Source: an uncultured virus (IMG/VR IMGVR_UViG_3300031519_000014) (taxonomy: Duplodnaviria; Heunggongvirae; Uroviricota; Caudoviricetes). Taken from it: DNA of 64,000 nucleotides. This document shows positions 45,399 to 56,340 of this stretch, piece after piece. The first letter of the stretch is position 1. The number at the start of each line of letters is the position of its first letter. The DNA is taken from the IMG/VR virus record IMGVR_UViG_3300031519_000014. The stretch is one strand, 5' to 3'. The position numbers were made by a program, and so were the translations under genes. Below the pieces are notes generated by a model that was not told the DNA's origin, did no database searches, and worked only from the letters and a program-made list of their open reading frames with translations.

Positions 45399-46781
45399 AT
45401 GTCAATATATAGTAATTTAGAGAATATCAGAAAGCTAAGCAACTCTAGCTTAACCTCAATAGTGGACGTAACTAACCTAAATTTCAAAAGCCTATCTGAG
45501 GCGACTTTAGGATTTTTAAACAATATCAACTATAACGAGGATACTAACTCGTTTTCAGCGTTTAAAGGAACCTTTGAATTAGTAGACATTACAAATACGA
45601 TATCCCTTACGTCAAATGGAGTACCTACATTTACAATTAATTCAGCAGGTAAGGCAACTGGAAGTGAATTATTAGTAGAGGTATCTGAATCAAAAAGACA
45701 TAGATTTACAGATTTTAATGACTGGCCAGACGAAGGAGTCCCAGGTGAAGTTATTTACACTGGTGTTCAGAATCAAAAACCTGAATTCGGAGAAGATTTT
45801 ATAGGATACCTAGATGGAAGGGGATGGGTTAGTTTAACATCATTTAATGCCGCAATTCAAGGACTAGGGTTGTTAATTGAGGCAGGAAGCCCAATTATAA
45901 TGCCAACCGTTGCAAACGGAGAAGGACTAGTGTGGATAGGACCTCCTGGATTAGAGTCAACGTATTCTCCAGTTAACACAACAATATATTTTTCTGATGA
46001 TGAAGGAAATCATTTTGATATCCTTACTGATTTTGCTTGGGAAATAGTAGGAACCAATGCCGAGTTTAAACCCGCTGGGAAAGCAATCATAAATAACGGT
46101 GCAGGACTTCAGTACGTTGATGGTAATGAAACTGCTGGATATGTATTACACACCGATGGATCAGGTAACGCATACTGGGCACTAAACACCGGATCCGGTG
46201 GAGGTGGACCATTGAACTATTCATACTGGGAACTTGCATCATTCACAGCAGATGTAACCAAAACGATAACTCACAGCTTAGCAACAACTAATATTGTATT
46301 AGACTTTATAGATACTACTACAAATGAAAGAGTAGATGCTCATGCTGACAATTATACATCAAACACCGTTGATATTACACTTACTGAAACTAACGCTACA
46401 GTTAAGATAATCGCGCTAGCAGCAGGTGGAGCAACCGGACTTGCGCAAATTCAGAAAATGTCGCCTGATGATAAGGGATGGGTAGGTTTATTAACTGTAT
46501 CCGACGGAGATCCAGCATCTGCTAGTACTATAACTAATACGCCAGGAGATGGAAGTTATGTAGAAGCAAAAATAAATGGAGTTGAATATGAAGTTGGAGA
46601 TGGAGTTATAACTAAATCTTGTTTCTTTGCGGATCCAGCAACACCCACTGTTCCTAGAGGATTTTCTACTGCACACTTGAATGGACAAATACAAGCTGGA
46701 GATAAATTATACTGGAATGGAAGTATTGCAGGAGTAGAGATACTAGCGGGATGGAGGGTTTCGTTAAATTATCTAGTTTAA
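45399..46781 (+). CDS. tail/baseplate structural protein
   Basis: Gly/Thr-rich; ITHSLAT and GYVLHTDGSGNAYW fibre motifs; late box at 45370. Confidence 0.7.
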   Translation: MSIYSNLENIRKLSNSSLTSIVDVTNLNFKSLSEATLGFLNNINYNEDTNSFSAFKGTFELVDITNTISLTSNGVPTFTINSAGKATGSELLVEVSESKRHRFTDFNDWPDEGVPGEVIYTGVQNQKPEFGEDFIGYLDGRGWVSLTSFNAAIQGLGLLIEAGSPIIMPTVANGEGLVWIGPPGLESTYSPVNTTIYFSDDEGNHFDILTDFAWEIVGTNAEFKPAGKAIINNGAGLQYVDGNETAGYVLHTDGSGNAYWALNTGSGGGGPLNYSYWELASFTADVTKTITHSLATTNIVLDFIDTTTNERVDAHADNYTSNTVDITLTETNATVKIIALAAGGATGLAQIQKMSPDDKGWVGLLTVSDGDPASASTITNTPGDGSYVEAKINGVEYEVGDGVITKSCFFADPATPTVPRGFSTAHLNGQIQAGDKLYWNGSIAGVEILAGWRVSLNYLV

Positions 46782-46798
46782 AAAATTAAAATAGTAAT

Positions 46799-49700
46799 AT
46801 GAGTTTAGTAGACATAAGTCAAATAAGTGGAATATCAGGTTTGCAGACGCAAATTAATAACTTAAATCAAAGTAGTGGACTGGTTACGGGCGGTGTAGAA
46901 TGGTCAGGATCCGGGTTAATATATGATGTCACTTCATGTTCATATATAATTGGAGGTACTCTGTTGACATCACAGCCAGTTCAAGTTACACTAGCAGCAT
47001 CAGATCCAACTGATGATAGGATAGATATAGTATATGTTAATACTGCAGGAACTGTTGATGTTGTTACAGGATCACCTGCTGCAAGTCCAACTAAGCCCGC
47101 TCTTCCTGACACAACTGATAATGTAGAGATAGCCTTTATTTTAGTTACAGCAGGGTCAACTGCTCCTGTTGGGATAACATACGAAGCTATATATTTAGAG
47201 AACGCTGGCACTGTCGGAGGAGAATGGGATGGAACTACAACCGACGCTAGCTTATCCCTGGGAGATACAATAGATCCATACCAAGGCTCAATTCACATAT
47301 CACACGGTGGAGTTAAGTTGCAATCACCAAATGTTATTGTGCATATGACATTTTCTCCAGTTGGAACATACACGATTCCAGCAGCGGGAACTCTTACCTT
47401 TTGGTGGAAAAATAGCACGGATGGAATTCCTGCTCCAATTAAGGAAATTAACAAAATACGTATAGGATTCGCAGTAGGTGGTAATATAGTTGGGGAAAAT
47501 GTTACACTCGGAGGATCAACATTAATTACTTATGGATTCGATCCATATTACAACGGATGGCAGCTAGTATCCATTCCGCTTTCCGAATTTACATCGATAT
47601 CATCTCCACTGCCGTCAAACATTGATGAGTTAAGGTTTTATTCAAATTATTGGTCAAATGGTGGTCAATTCTATTTTTACGGATACGGAGGATGGAAGAC
47701 TGACAATATAAGAATTCAAGAAGGAACTGAACCTGATCCAATAGATAATGGTGCTTACCTTCCTCTTGCAGGTGGCACGATGATAGGAGATATAAATCTT
47801 TCTAACAACGTTGTTATTAAAGCATCGAGTGGCGGTGGGCAAATAAACTTACGTAACGGAGTCGACAGTATTGTAGATATTACCACAGATAATGGTGGTT
47901 ATTTAACTCCTTGGTTATACTTAGACCCACAAACTGCTTGGTTAGGCGAAGGTGGCTCAAACGCAGGTATTGTCGCAAGGCAAGACTTAGCTTCTACTAT
48001 GCAAGGGGCTTCAATTGTTACGCAGAATAATACCATAAACGATATGGTAATACACTCAGACGTAAGTAAGCCGTCAAGTATTTCATCTTCGGGTGTTACG
48101 ATACCAGCAGGTTTAGTTAATGTTGTAATGGTTGGTGCTTCGGGAGTCGTAGCTCAGACAAGCCATACTGCATACGTTAACCAAGTTGGGTTCAATGAGT
48201 CTGTTGGTATTGAGGGATTGTTAGGTAACACTACATTAACTTCATCAAGAACTTGGTTACTTCCAGATGCAACAGGAACTATTGCACTTGATGTAGCTGG
48301 AGGATATCTACCACTATCTGGTGGTACTATGACAGGAGACATAAATATAGGTAGTAACTCTATACTAGCCCCTGGAATGGACTTTCAGTTAAACAGTGGT
48401 CTATATATAAGTGATGGTATAACAAACTCTACATTTTCACCTTCTGGAAGCCTAACATATAACAACGGTGGTGCTAATAATGGTATTCTTAATTATGGTG
48501 CTATTACCACTTCTCAAACTTGGACAATGCCTGATGCTACAGGAACGATTGCATTGTTAAGCGACATTACAGATACCAACCTTGGTAACACAAACCAAGT
48601 ATTAGCAGCTGATAGAATAATAACTCTAAATCCATTTAACCTTGAGCTACAAGGTAATGGCGGTCTTTTTACAACTAATGCTAATACAAGTTGGTCAATT
48701 GGAGCGGTATTGAGTAGTGACTTTCAAATGTATCAAGTAGTATCTACACATTCTGCGGGTCATTATATAATTCAACAGAAAGCAGATGTATCTGGTTCAG
48801 TATATGGACAAAGAATATTAAGTACTATCCTTAAGTCAGGAGCAGGTTCAATTTATGGTATGCACTCATCAATACAAGGAACTCACGCAGCGGGTACTAA
48901 TGTTGGTGGTTATTTTGATGCCCAAAACGGACTAAACAACTACGCGTTACTTACCTTAAACGGAGATGTAGGATTTGGAACATTAACACCTACTGAACAA
49001 CTTCACGTAGTAGGCTCAATTAAAATGGTTGATGGTAATGAAGGAGCAGGTAAGGTATTAACAGATGTTGCCGGAGATGGTGTAGGAGTTTGGACCGCAG
49101 CTGGGGCTGAATTAAACGGCATATTCGATGCAGCTAACGATGGTGGAACAATACCCGCGGCTTTCGATTACACTCTAACAGACAGTATTCAGCAAAACGC
49201 TGCCAATAGCTACATTAAACACGAAGATAGAGAGTTTGCGATGGTAGGAACTGCCCTCGGAGATAGGTCTTACTCTATTTCAAGAAGTTTGGCAAATACA
49301 AGTGGCAATGGTTCTGTTTTTATGCTAAATAATTCAGGGTTAACTGATAACGACCGAATTGACTTTTTATTGCAAAATTTATCTGGAGGAGTCGCTTCTG
49401 ATACCGAACTTAATTTTAGAAGGCAAAACATAGGCGCAGGAAGCGGTGGCTCTTGGATTGATTTTATGATGCAAAGTGGGGTAACTCAGAACCTATACTT
49501 TAATTATAACAAAAATGGTTCAGCCTACGGAGATGTTATAGTTCAAAATGGAGATTTTAGAATAAATGAAAACTTAGTTTATGAAGCTACCGCAGTAGCG
49601 TTAGCAGATGCAATTAAACTTGTTCAATCTACGGGGGCTATTACGTGGGATGGAACAACGGGAGGCTTATTCGCTATTACTGATGATAAAGATGGTCAAC

Positions 49701-50068
49701 TATTTGGAGTGGCAGATGTAAGTGGTAATGATATAATGTATGCAGATGCCGATTGGTTAATACAATTAGGTAATCCATTCGATGTTCCATTTGAAATAGT
49801 GTATAATGATACGACTGGAGTCACAGAAACATTTGTTAATTCATCTACTGGTATCGGCTACAATAATAACGGAGGAACAATAGATCCAAGCGCGGTATTA
49901 GATGTACAAAGCACAACTCAGGGATTTAAACCACCAAATATGACAACCGCCGAAAGAAACGCTATAGTGAACCCTGCTAAATCACTGATGGTATATGATA
50001 CTGATCTAGATCAATGGATGGGAAACAATGGAACAGGAGGTTCACCAAATTGGGTAATAATAGGATAA
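46799..50068 (+). CDS. tail fibre protein with carbohydrate-binding-like domain
   Basis: YLPL.GGTM.GDI x2, PDATGTIAL x2, WQLVSIPLSEF, GFGTLTPTEQLHVVG, MTTAERNAI. Confidence 0.8.
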   Translation: MSLVDISQISGISGLQTQINNLNQSSGLVTGGVEWSGSGLIYDVTSCSYIIGGTLLTSQPVQVTLAASDPTDDRIDIVYVNTAGTVDVVTGSPAASPTKPALPDTTDNVEIAFILVTAGSTAPVGITYEAIYLENAGTVGGEWDGTTTDASLSLGDTIDPYQGSIHISHGGVKLQSPNVIVHMTFSPVGTYTIPAAGTLTFWWKNSTDGIPAPIKEINKIRIGFAVGGNIVGENVTLGGSTLITYGFDPYYNGWQLVSIPLSEFTSISSPLPSNIDELRFYSNYWSNGGQFYFYGYGGWKTDNIRIQEGTEPDPIDNGAYLPLAGGTMIGDINLSNNVVIKASSGGGQINLRNGVDSIVDITTDNGGYLTPWLYLDPQTAWLGEGGSNAGIVARQDLASTMQGASIVTQNNTINDMVIHSDVSKPSSISSSGVTIPAGLVNVVMVGASGVVAQTSHTAYVNQVGFNESVGIEGLLGNTTLTSSRTWLLPDATGTIALDVAGGYLPLSGGTMTGDINIGSNSILAPGMDFQLNSGLYISDGITNSTFSPSGSLTYNNGGANNGILNYGAITTSQTWTMPDATGTIALLSDITDTNLGNTNQVLAADRIITLNPFNLELQGNGGLFTTNANTSWSIGAVLSSDFQMYQVVSTHSAGHYIIQQKADVSGSVYGQRILSTILKSGAGSIYGMHSSIQGTHAAGTNVGGYFDAQNGLNNYALLTLNGDVGFGTLTPTEQLHVVGSIKMVDGNEGAGKVLTDVAGDGVGVWTAAGAELNGIFDAANDGGTIPAAFDYTLTDSIQQNAANSYIKHEDREFAMVGTALGDRSYSISRSLANTSGNGSVFMLNNSGLTDNDRIDFLLQNLSGGVASDTELNFRRQNIGAGSGGSWIDFMMQSGVTQNLYFNYNKNGSAYGDVIVQNGDFRINENLVYEATAVALADAIKLVQSTGAITWDGTTGGLFAITDDKDGQLFGVADVSGNDIMYADADWLIQLGNPFDVPFEIVYNDTTGVTETFVNSSTGIGYNNNGGTIDPSAVLDVQSTTQGFKPPNMTTAERNAIVNPAKSLMVYDTDLDQWMGNNGTGGSPNWVIIG

Positions 50069-52653
50069 GATATGGGATTAATATACGACGTAACAGAATT
50101 GGGACTCAAGCAGGTTTCAAAAACAGAAGTAGAAAGAGACGCTATCGTTAGTCCTGACGAAGGACTGTCGATTTATAACTCGACTAATAAATCAATAGAT
50201 TTCTATGATGGTACTAGTTGGTTATCATTGAATACTGGAGGCGGCAGTGATGGTAACGGCATATATACGGGTTCAGGTTCTTTGAGTGCAGCTACTACTG
50301 TAACAAACGCGGGTTTTGACTTGTCTATTACAGGAACGGGTAATTTCGGCATCGGAACAAGCACACCCTTAGAAAAGTTAGATGTTACAGAATCTTTCGC
50401 TGGTCTTGGTGGTGTGAAAATAAAAAACACAGATGCAGGAGCAAATTCTTATTCAGGAATTAAATTTGAGAATGATGCAGCTGGTTTAAAATCTTACATA
50501 TCATTGAACAGCACGACAAACACAAGTTTTGCCGGGGCGAACAGCTTTAATATATCAACACAAGGGACAGGTGGATTTGCCATAAACACTAAGGACAATT
50601 CAGGTAATGCATACTTTCAAATTAACCAAACAACAGGACACGTTGGGATTGATTCTGCCTCCTCCGAGGGTGCTATGTTAGCATTAGGCACAGGATTAGG
50701 AGATAAGCTATTCTTGTATGACACGGCAGACCCTTACGGATTCGGTGTTACAGCAGCACAAGGTTTGCAACATTTTGCAGGTGACGTAAACGGACAGATT
50801 ACGTGGGGATATGGTAAATCTGCAACATTTACCGAGCGAATGAGATTGAACTCAACAGGTTTAGGTATCGGAACAAGCACACCAACAGAAAAACTTGAAG
50901 TTGTTGGGAATGCTAAAATAAACGGAAATAATTTACTAGAATCTTCAAGCAGTTATATTCAAGAAATTTACAAAACAACAAATAGTGGTTCTTTTGGGAT
51001 AGACTTTCACGCTAAAAATTCGGTAAATGTCAAAACACGTTACGGAGGTATTTTAGCAAACATCGAAAATAATGCTGATGGATCAGAAGAAGGTAGCATT
51101 AGATTTGCACTTTCGGAAGCTGGAGCGGTTAGTAGCTCAGAGCATTTTAAATTTAGAATCAACGGGTTAATTGAAACCAAAAATTCGGGTAGCGGAGGAA
51201 CATTTAGAGATTTAAACACTGTTGGAGCGTCAAGTGGTTGGAATTATTCCATGCGTGACAGTGCAAACAACATACAGCCTTACGGATTCTTATCGGCTAA
51301 GATAGAAGATAATACAAGTGGAAGTGAAGATGCTTCTATGGTTATGGGATTAGCTAAAAATGGAAACCCTGATTCAAATGGTATATTTGAATTTTATAAA
51401 GAGAGTATAATTAGAGGTACTAGTACAGGAATTGGAGTATATAACGATGTTGCAAGTGTAAATGGTACAAACACTGCTTTCTCATTTTGGGCAAACAATA
51501 GCATTGAAGCAAGACATCCTTTCGCATCAATTTACAGTAAAGTACTCGATAATACTTCAACAAGTGAGGATGCTGATTTAAGATTCAATGTTATCCAAAA
51601 CGGAACATTAGATAGTGAAGGACATAATATGGTACTAACGGGCACGGGTTTAGGCATCGGAACAAATACACCTACAGAAAAGTTAGAGGTTGTAGGGAAT
51701 ACTTATGTAAATGGTTTAATAGGTTGCAATGTTTCGCCAATAGCCGGTCAAGCATTGACAATTAACAGCACAGGCAGCAGCACAGAAAAAGCCTTACAAA
51801 TTAGAACGAACGCGGGAACGGAAAGATTTTTTATTCAAGGAGATGGCAAATCTGAGTTAACAGGTAGGTTAGGAATAAACGATACAACAGTACAAGGAGC
51901 GCAAAATTATATGATTTGGGCAAAACAAGACGTTTCAGCTTCAAAGTTATTCGGACTTGCTGATAATGCTGGTAATTTAAAGATGGAAATGTCAAGCGTG
52001 GGTAGATTGACGTTAAATTCAAATGACGCATTAACGCAAGCTGGTTTTGGAGTAAATTCAGCTTTCAGCACAACAGTTGGAATATTGGGAAAAACGGGAA
52101 ACATTTACGCTTTAAAAGTTGGCGTAGGTGCAAACGTTAATAAATTAAACGTCAAAGGGAACAACGATAATTATGGTGTCGGTGTTATGGTTGACGGAAC
52201 AGATGCAACAAACCTAAAAATTGGAGCAAGTACAACAACACATTCAAGCATAAATTTTGTAAATGGAGCAGCACCGACAAGTCCAAATAATGGAGATTTT
52301 TGGTTTGATGGAACAGATTTATTTATACGAGTAAGCGGAACTACTTATACTTTAACAAAAACTTAAAACAATAAAAAATGAGTCATTTAACTGTTGGAAC
52401 ATAATGTAGGATAAGATATGGGATTAATATACGAAGTAACAGAATTGGGACTCAAACAGGTTTCAAAAACAGAAGTAGAAAGAGACGCTATCGCCAGTCC
52501 TGACGAAGGACTGGCTATTTATAACTCTACTAGTAAATCAATGGATTTCTATGATGGTACTAGTTGGTTATCATTGAATACTGGAGGCGGCGGCAGTGAT
52601 GGTAACGGCATATATACGGGTTCAGGTTCTTTGAGTGCAGCTACTACTGTAAC
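50061..52653 (+). repeat. about 245-bp direct repeat (about 95% identical) at the 5' ends of two fibre genes
   Basis: 50061-50304 vs 52407-52653; 9 substitutions and one 3-nt indel by hand alignment. Confidence 0.9.
50072..52366 (+). CDS. tail fibre protein, cassette A
   Basis: GIGTSTPTEKLEVVG repeats; C-terminal APTSPNNGDFW. Confidence 0.8.
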   Translation: MGLIYDVTELGLKQVSKTEVERDAIVSPDEGLSIYNSTNKSIDFYDGTSWLSLNTGGGSDGNGIYTGSGSLSAATTVTNAGFDLSITGTGNFGIGTSTPLEKLDVTESFAGLGGVKIKNTDAGANSYSGIKFENDAAGLKSYISLNSTTNTSFAGANSFNISTQGTGGFAINTKDNSGNAYFQINQTTGHVGIDSASSEGAMLALGTGLGDKLFLYDTADPYGFGVTAAQGLQHFAGDVNGQITWGYGKSATFTERMRLNSTGLGIGTSTPTEKLEVVGNAKINGNNLLESSSSYIQEIYKTTNSGSFGIDFHAKNSVNVKTRYGGILANIENNADGSEEGSIRFALSEAGAVSSSEHFKFRINGLIETKNSGSGGTFRDLNTVGASSGWNYSMRDSANNIQPYGFLSAKIEDNTSGSEDASMVMGLAKNGNPDSNGIFEFYKESIIRGTSTGIGVYNDVASVNGTNTAFSFWANNSIEARHPFASIYSKVLDNTSTSEDADLRFNVIQNGTLDSEGHNMVLTGTGLGIGTNTPTEKLEVVGNTYVNGLIGCNVSPIAGQALTINSTGSSTEKALQIRTNAGTERFFIQGDGKSELTGRLGINDTTVQGAQNYMIWAKQDVSASKLFGLADNAGNLKMEMSSVGRLTLNSNDALTQAGFGVNSAFSTTVGILGKTGNIYALKVGVGANVNKLNVKGNNDNYGVGVMVDGTDATNLKIGASTTTHSSINFVNGAAPTSPNNGDFWFDGTDLFIRVSGTTYTLTKT

Positions 52654-54748
52654 GATGGGCGCAAGCGACTTGTTGTTTGCTTCAACAAGCGGCGTTATTA
52701 ATATTCAAACAGCGTTAAACATTACAGGCGCAAATGAATTAAATGTAGGAGGTGGAGATATTGTAATTAACAACAATGTGAGCGGTGCTTCTGCAATTTG
52801 GTTAGACCAATCAGTTAGAACGTTAGCAACTATGAGTATTTGGCAATCAGGTTCTATCTTGCTAAACAACGTTGTGACGGGTGGTAGTTACCAATGGAGA
52901 AAAGACAATAATCAAATCACAATGGAACTACAAGAGGGTTCACTTAACACTCATTGGTTAAAAGTTGGTCGCACATCAGTAAGCAATCAAACACTTTCCT
53001 TTGGAGCAAACATTGGATTTGGCATTGGTAGTGGTCAGCTACAAATGAACGCAAGACCCATAGATAAAATAAAGTTTGGCAGCTATGACGGCACTACATT
53101 CGTTGAAAAATTAACTTTGGATAACCCAACAGGAAACTTTGGTATAGGTACATCATCACCGACAGAAAAGTTAGATGTTGTTGGGAATGTTAAAATTAGT
53201 GAAAATGTAGGAATAGGCTCATCTCCTTTATCAGATTCAAGGTTATACATTGAGCAAGATTCTGCAGCATCACCACCTTATAACAACGCAATAACTTTAA
53301 AAAGGACAGGAGGATCGCTAACATACGCAATAGGCACAGGAACAGCAGGAGTTTCTTTCGATAATCTTAGGTTTCAACAAAATGCTGTTGATGTTTTCGG
53401 AATTAATATCAATGGTAACTTTGAAACATTTAAACCTACAAATGTAGGTGGAGATTTGCAGTTAACTTGGGGTGCAAATTTAGGCTTAGTATCTTTATTC
53501 GACGCAAGTTATGAGCAGTCAATTAGATTTCACGACAATGGTAGGCAGATAAAATTTGACAACAAAGCCTCTGCCGGTAATCCGGACTTTATATTTGATT
53601 GGAGTGGTTCGGTTCAAGGTGATGTAGGTATCGGAACATCTACACCATCAGCAAAATTAGAGGTTGTCGGGAATACTTTTGTTAATAGTGGTAAATTAAC
53701 TGTTTCAAACGCATTTAATACAAGTACCGGAGCTATTGAGGCTACTGCACAGGCAACATCTGGGAGTAGTGGATTCACAAGTGCTGGAAAGTTTAACTCA
53801 CTAATAACAACAGCAGGATTTTCTGCAAACAATGTTGGAGTTTTAGCGACAGCAGTTGGTGGAACATCTGAAACTTTTGCGGCTAAATTTCAAGTCAATT
53901 CTGGTGCTGTTGACACTCCTACTTATGGAACTTATGGCGTTTTTTCAAGAAATAACGCAACAACGACAACTCCAAATTATGCTGGATATTTCAAAAGTGA
54001 AAATGTAAATGGTTCAAGCAATCACGCTATTTACGGCTTTGCAAGTGGTACGGGAACAAAAAACATAGCTGGTTTATTCAACGCAACAGGAGCAACAAAT
54101 AATTACGCTATTATTGTTCCAAGTGGTGGCGGTAATGTTGGAATTGGAACGCTTACGCCTACAGAAAAATTAGAGGTTGTAGGGAATACAATTACAGGCA
54201 AAGCAGTAATAGGTTCAAATTCATTTGTTGCGACAGAGGTATTAAGAACACTCGGAGAGGTAAGAATGGAGGGTAATGCAAGGATTCACGCAACATCAGC
54301 AGGAACGCAGTACTTATTTAAAGTTAGAGATTTTGCTAACTTAGAACTTATTAACATCACTGAAGATAAAAAATTAACTATTAACACAGATACGGGTACA
54401 AGGGTTGGTTTCGGGGTTGCTTTTGTGAACAATACGGTTGTAAATATAAAAGGAGAAACGGGAGTTGATAAGGTTTTACGAGTTATAGATAATTCATCAG
54501 CTAATATAGTTGAAGTTTGGAATAATAAAGACATTTTCATTGATTCTGCATCAGGTACTGAAATTGGAATTGGCAGACCAAGAACGGCAGATACTTTTAT
54601 GGATTTTAAACCTGGAGAGGCCGCTAAAAGTCAAATGAGATTAAGACACGGAGTTGCACCATCATCTCCTGTTGATGGGGATATGTGGACAACAACAGCA
54701 GGTTTATTTGTAAGAATAAATGGAGTTACAGTTGGGCCGTTAAGTTAA
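52418..54748 (+). CDS. tail fibre protein, cassette B
   Basis: Same N-terminal ~80 aa as cassette A; GIGT..P..KL.VVG repeats; APSSPVDGDMW. Confidence 0.8.
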   Translation: MGLIYEVTELGLKQVSKTEVERDAIASPDEGLAIYNSTSKSMDFYDGTSWLSLNTGGGGSDGNGIYTGSGSLSAATTVTMGASDLLFASTSGVINIQTALNITGANELNVGGGDIVINNNVSGASAIWLDQSVRTLATMSIWQSGSILLNNVVTGGSYQWRKDNNQITMELQEGSLNTHWLKVGRTSVSNQTLSFGANIGFGIGSGQLQMNARPIDKIKFGSYDGTTFVEKLTLDNPTGNFGIGTSSPTEKLDVVGNVKISENVGIGSSPLSDSRLYIEQDSAASPPYNNAITLKRTGGSLTYAIGTGTAGVSFDNLRFQQNAVDVFGININGNFETFKPTNVGGDLQLTWGANLGLVSLFDASYEQSIRFHDNGRQIKFDNKASAGNPDFIFDWSGSVQGDVGIGTSTPSAKLEVVGNTFVNSGKLTVSNAFNTSTGAIEATAQATSGSSGFTSAGKFNSLITTAGFSANNVGVLATAVGGTSETFAAKFQVNSGAVDTPTYGTYGVFSRNNATTTTPNYAGYFKSENVNGSSNHAIYGFASGTGTKNIAGLFNATGATNNYAIIVPSGGGNVGIGTLTPTEKLEVVGNTITGKAVIGSNSFVATEVLRTLGEVRMEGNARIHATSAGTQYLFKVRDFANLELINITEDKKLTINTDTGTRVGFGVAFVNNTVVNIKGETGVDKVLRVIDNSSANIVEVWNNKDIFIDSASGTEIGIGRPRTADTFMDFKPGEAAKSQMRLRHGVAPSSPVDGDMWTTTAGLFVRINGVTVGPLS

Positions 54749-54842
54749 TAAAAACAATAAAAAATGAGCCATTTAACAACAGATTTAGTATATGGGAAAA
54801 ACGCTAGTGGATCAGTTTAATAAATAAATAAAAGATTAAATT

Positions 54843-55076
54843 ATGGAGGAAACAACTATATACTTAACAGAACAACAGGCTACCGATTTAATAAGTCAAG
54901 GTAGCCGAGTCAGCGCGGGAAACGTATATCAACTATCAGCTAGGTATGATGGTTATAAGTACAGTTATGCTCTAAAGGGAGATGCATTAGGGTTATCTGA
55001 TTCATCGACTGCATCAGAAATAGATAGTGCATGGGTTACCTATATCCAACACACGTCTTATCAAGGAACTAAATAA
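54843..55076 (+). CDS. small fibre-associated protein (paralog of 55800-56066)
   Basis: LT.QQA.DL...GS and S.R.DG..Y...LGL shared. Confidence 0.7.
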   Translation: MEETTIYLTEQQATDLISQGSRVSAGNVYQLSARYDGYKYSYALKGDALGLSDSSTASEIDSAWVTYIQHTSYQGTK

Positions 55077-55763
55077 ATGGGAGTACATTACCATAAACGA
55101 CCAATCGTAAAGGATGGACTTGTCTATGAAATAGATGCAGGCAACAAAGTATCATATTCGGGAGCAGGCGTTACTGCCTACGAGTTGGTCAATAGAAACA
55201 ATGCTACCCTTATAAACGGCATAACCTTTTCAGACGATGCGTGGATACAAGATGGTGTTGATGATTACGTAGATATGGGTCAACCAGCTGTGCTGGACAT
55301 TGATGCATTTACATTCACTTCATGGTTCAAACCTACTGAAAATAATACGGGTATCTTTACAAGAGGTTCTTCAAGGGCAAACGAAACTACAAGAGATTTA
55401 GATATTTATGGTAATGGCACTAATTTAAGAGTCACAGCGATTAACACCGTTCCAGCATCTCTTATATCTCCTAGCGGTATTGAAACTCCTTTCCCGGCAC
55501 TCAATGAATGGCATGAAGTTACAGTTACTTGGGATGGGACTACTGATGCTAATAAATTTATAGCTTATCTTAACGGTGATACCTTTGGTTCTTCTACTGC
55601 CGTAACCGCGACTATTGCAAAGAGATTTAATTTTCACCTTGGAGGCAAAGGCAGTTTCGTAGGTAAAAGCAGTTTAGGAGTACAAAGAGGTTATAACAGA
55701 CCCTTAACGGCAACAGAGATATTACATAATTACGAAACACAAAAATCAAGATATGCACAATAA
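55077..55763 (+). CDS. LamG/concanavalin-A-like virion protein
   Basis: IVKDGLVYEIDAGN, DGVDDYV, WHEVTVTWDG, YNRPLT..EI..NY. Confidence 0.8.
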   Translation: MGVHYHKRPIVKDGLVYEIDAGNKVSYSGAGVTAYELVNRNNATLINGITFSDDAWIQDGVDDYVDMGQPAVLDIDAFTFTSWFKPTENNTGIFTRGSSRANETTRDLDIYGNGTNLRVTAINTVPASLISPSGIETPFPALNEWHEVTVTWDGTTDANKFIAYLNGDTFGSSTAVTATIAKRFNFHLGGKGSFVGKSSLGVQRGYNRPLTATEILHNYETQKSRYAQ

Positions 55764-55799
55764 TAAGACGTGCGTAAATAAATAAATAAAAACATTAAC

Positions 55800-56066
55800 A
55801 TGAGTCATTTAACAACACAACAGGCAAGAGATTTAGTAGAAGGCGGAAGCATTCTAAGGAGAATAATAGACGGAACTTATTCGTTTCACAAATTTAGTGG
55901 AAGATTAGATGGTATGTACTATGAATGTGCAACACCTATGACTCACGATTTAGGACTTGATCAAAATACAAGTAAAACAGACGCAATATCCGCGTTTAAG
56001 GCGCATTTTGAAACAATTGAACACATGGGAACATCTCCTACTATTGAGGACACTACCAATTGGTAA
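55800..56066 (+). CDS. small fibre-associated protein (MSHLTT family)
   Basis: Paralog of 54843; late box at 55778. Confidence 0.7.
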   Translation: MSHLTTQQARDLVEGGSILRRIIDGTYSFHKFSGRLDGMYYECATPMTHDLGLDQNTSKTDAISAFKAHFETIEHMGTSPTIEDTTNW

Positions 56067-56087
56067 TATAAAAACAAAAATAAAATT

Positions 56088-56339
56088 ATGGCGCATAATA
56101 ACAAAACATATGCAATAGCTCAGATAACTGAATTAAATAATGTAGATTATTCACAAGTCCAACAGACATCTGCTGATACGGTTCGTAAGAATGTTGCGGA
56201 AACAGAATTTGTATTAAAATGGATTGGTCACATGCCAAGCAGTGTATCAGCAATTACACCGACTATACCTACATATACTCACGAAGAGATATTAGCAGTA
56301 ATGGCAACCGAAGAATGGAATCCACCAATAGAAGAATAA
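56088..56339 (+). CDS. conserved phage hypothetical protein
   Basis: VDYSQV..TS.DTVRK, F.LKW and YTHEEIL..MAT.EW pattern recalled from marine T4-like phages. Confidence 0.7.
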   Translation: MAHNNKTYAIAQITELNNVDYSQVQQTSADTVRKNVAETEFVLKWIGHMPSSVSAITPTIPTYTHEEILAVMATEEWNPPIEE

Positions 56340-56340
56340 G

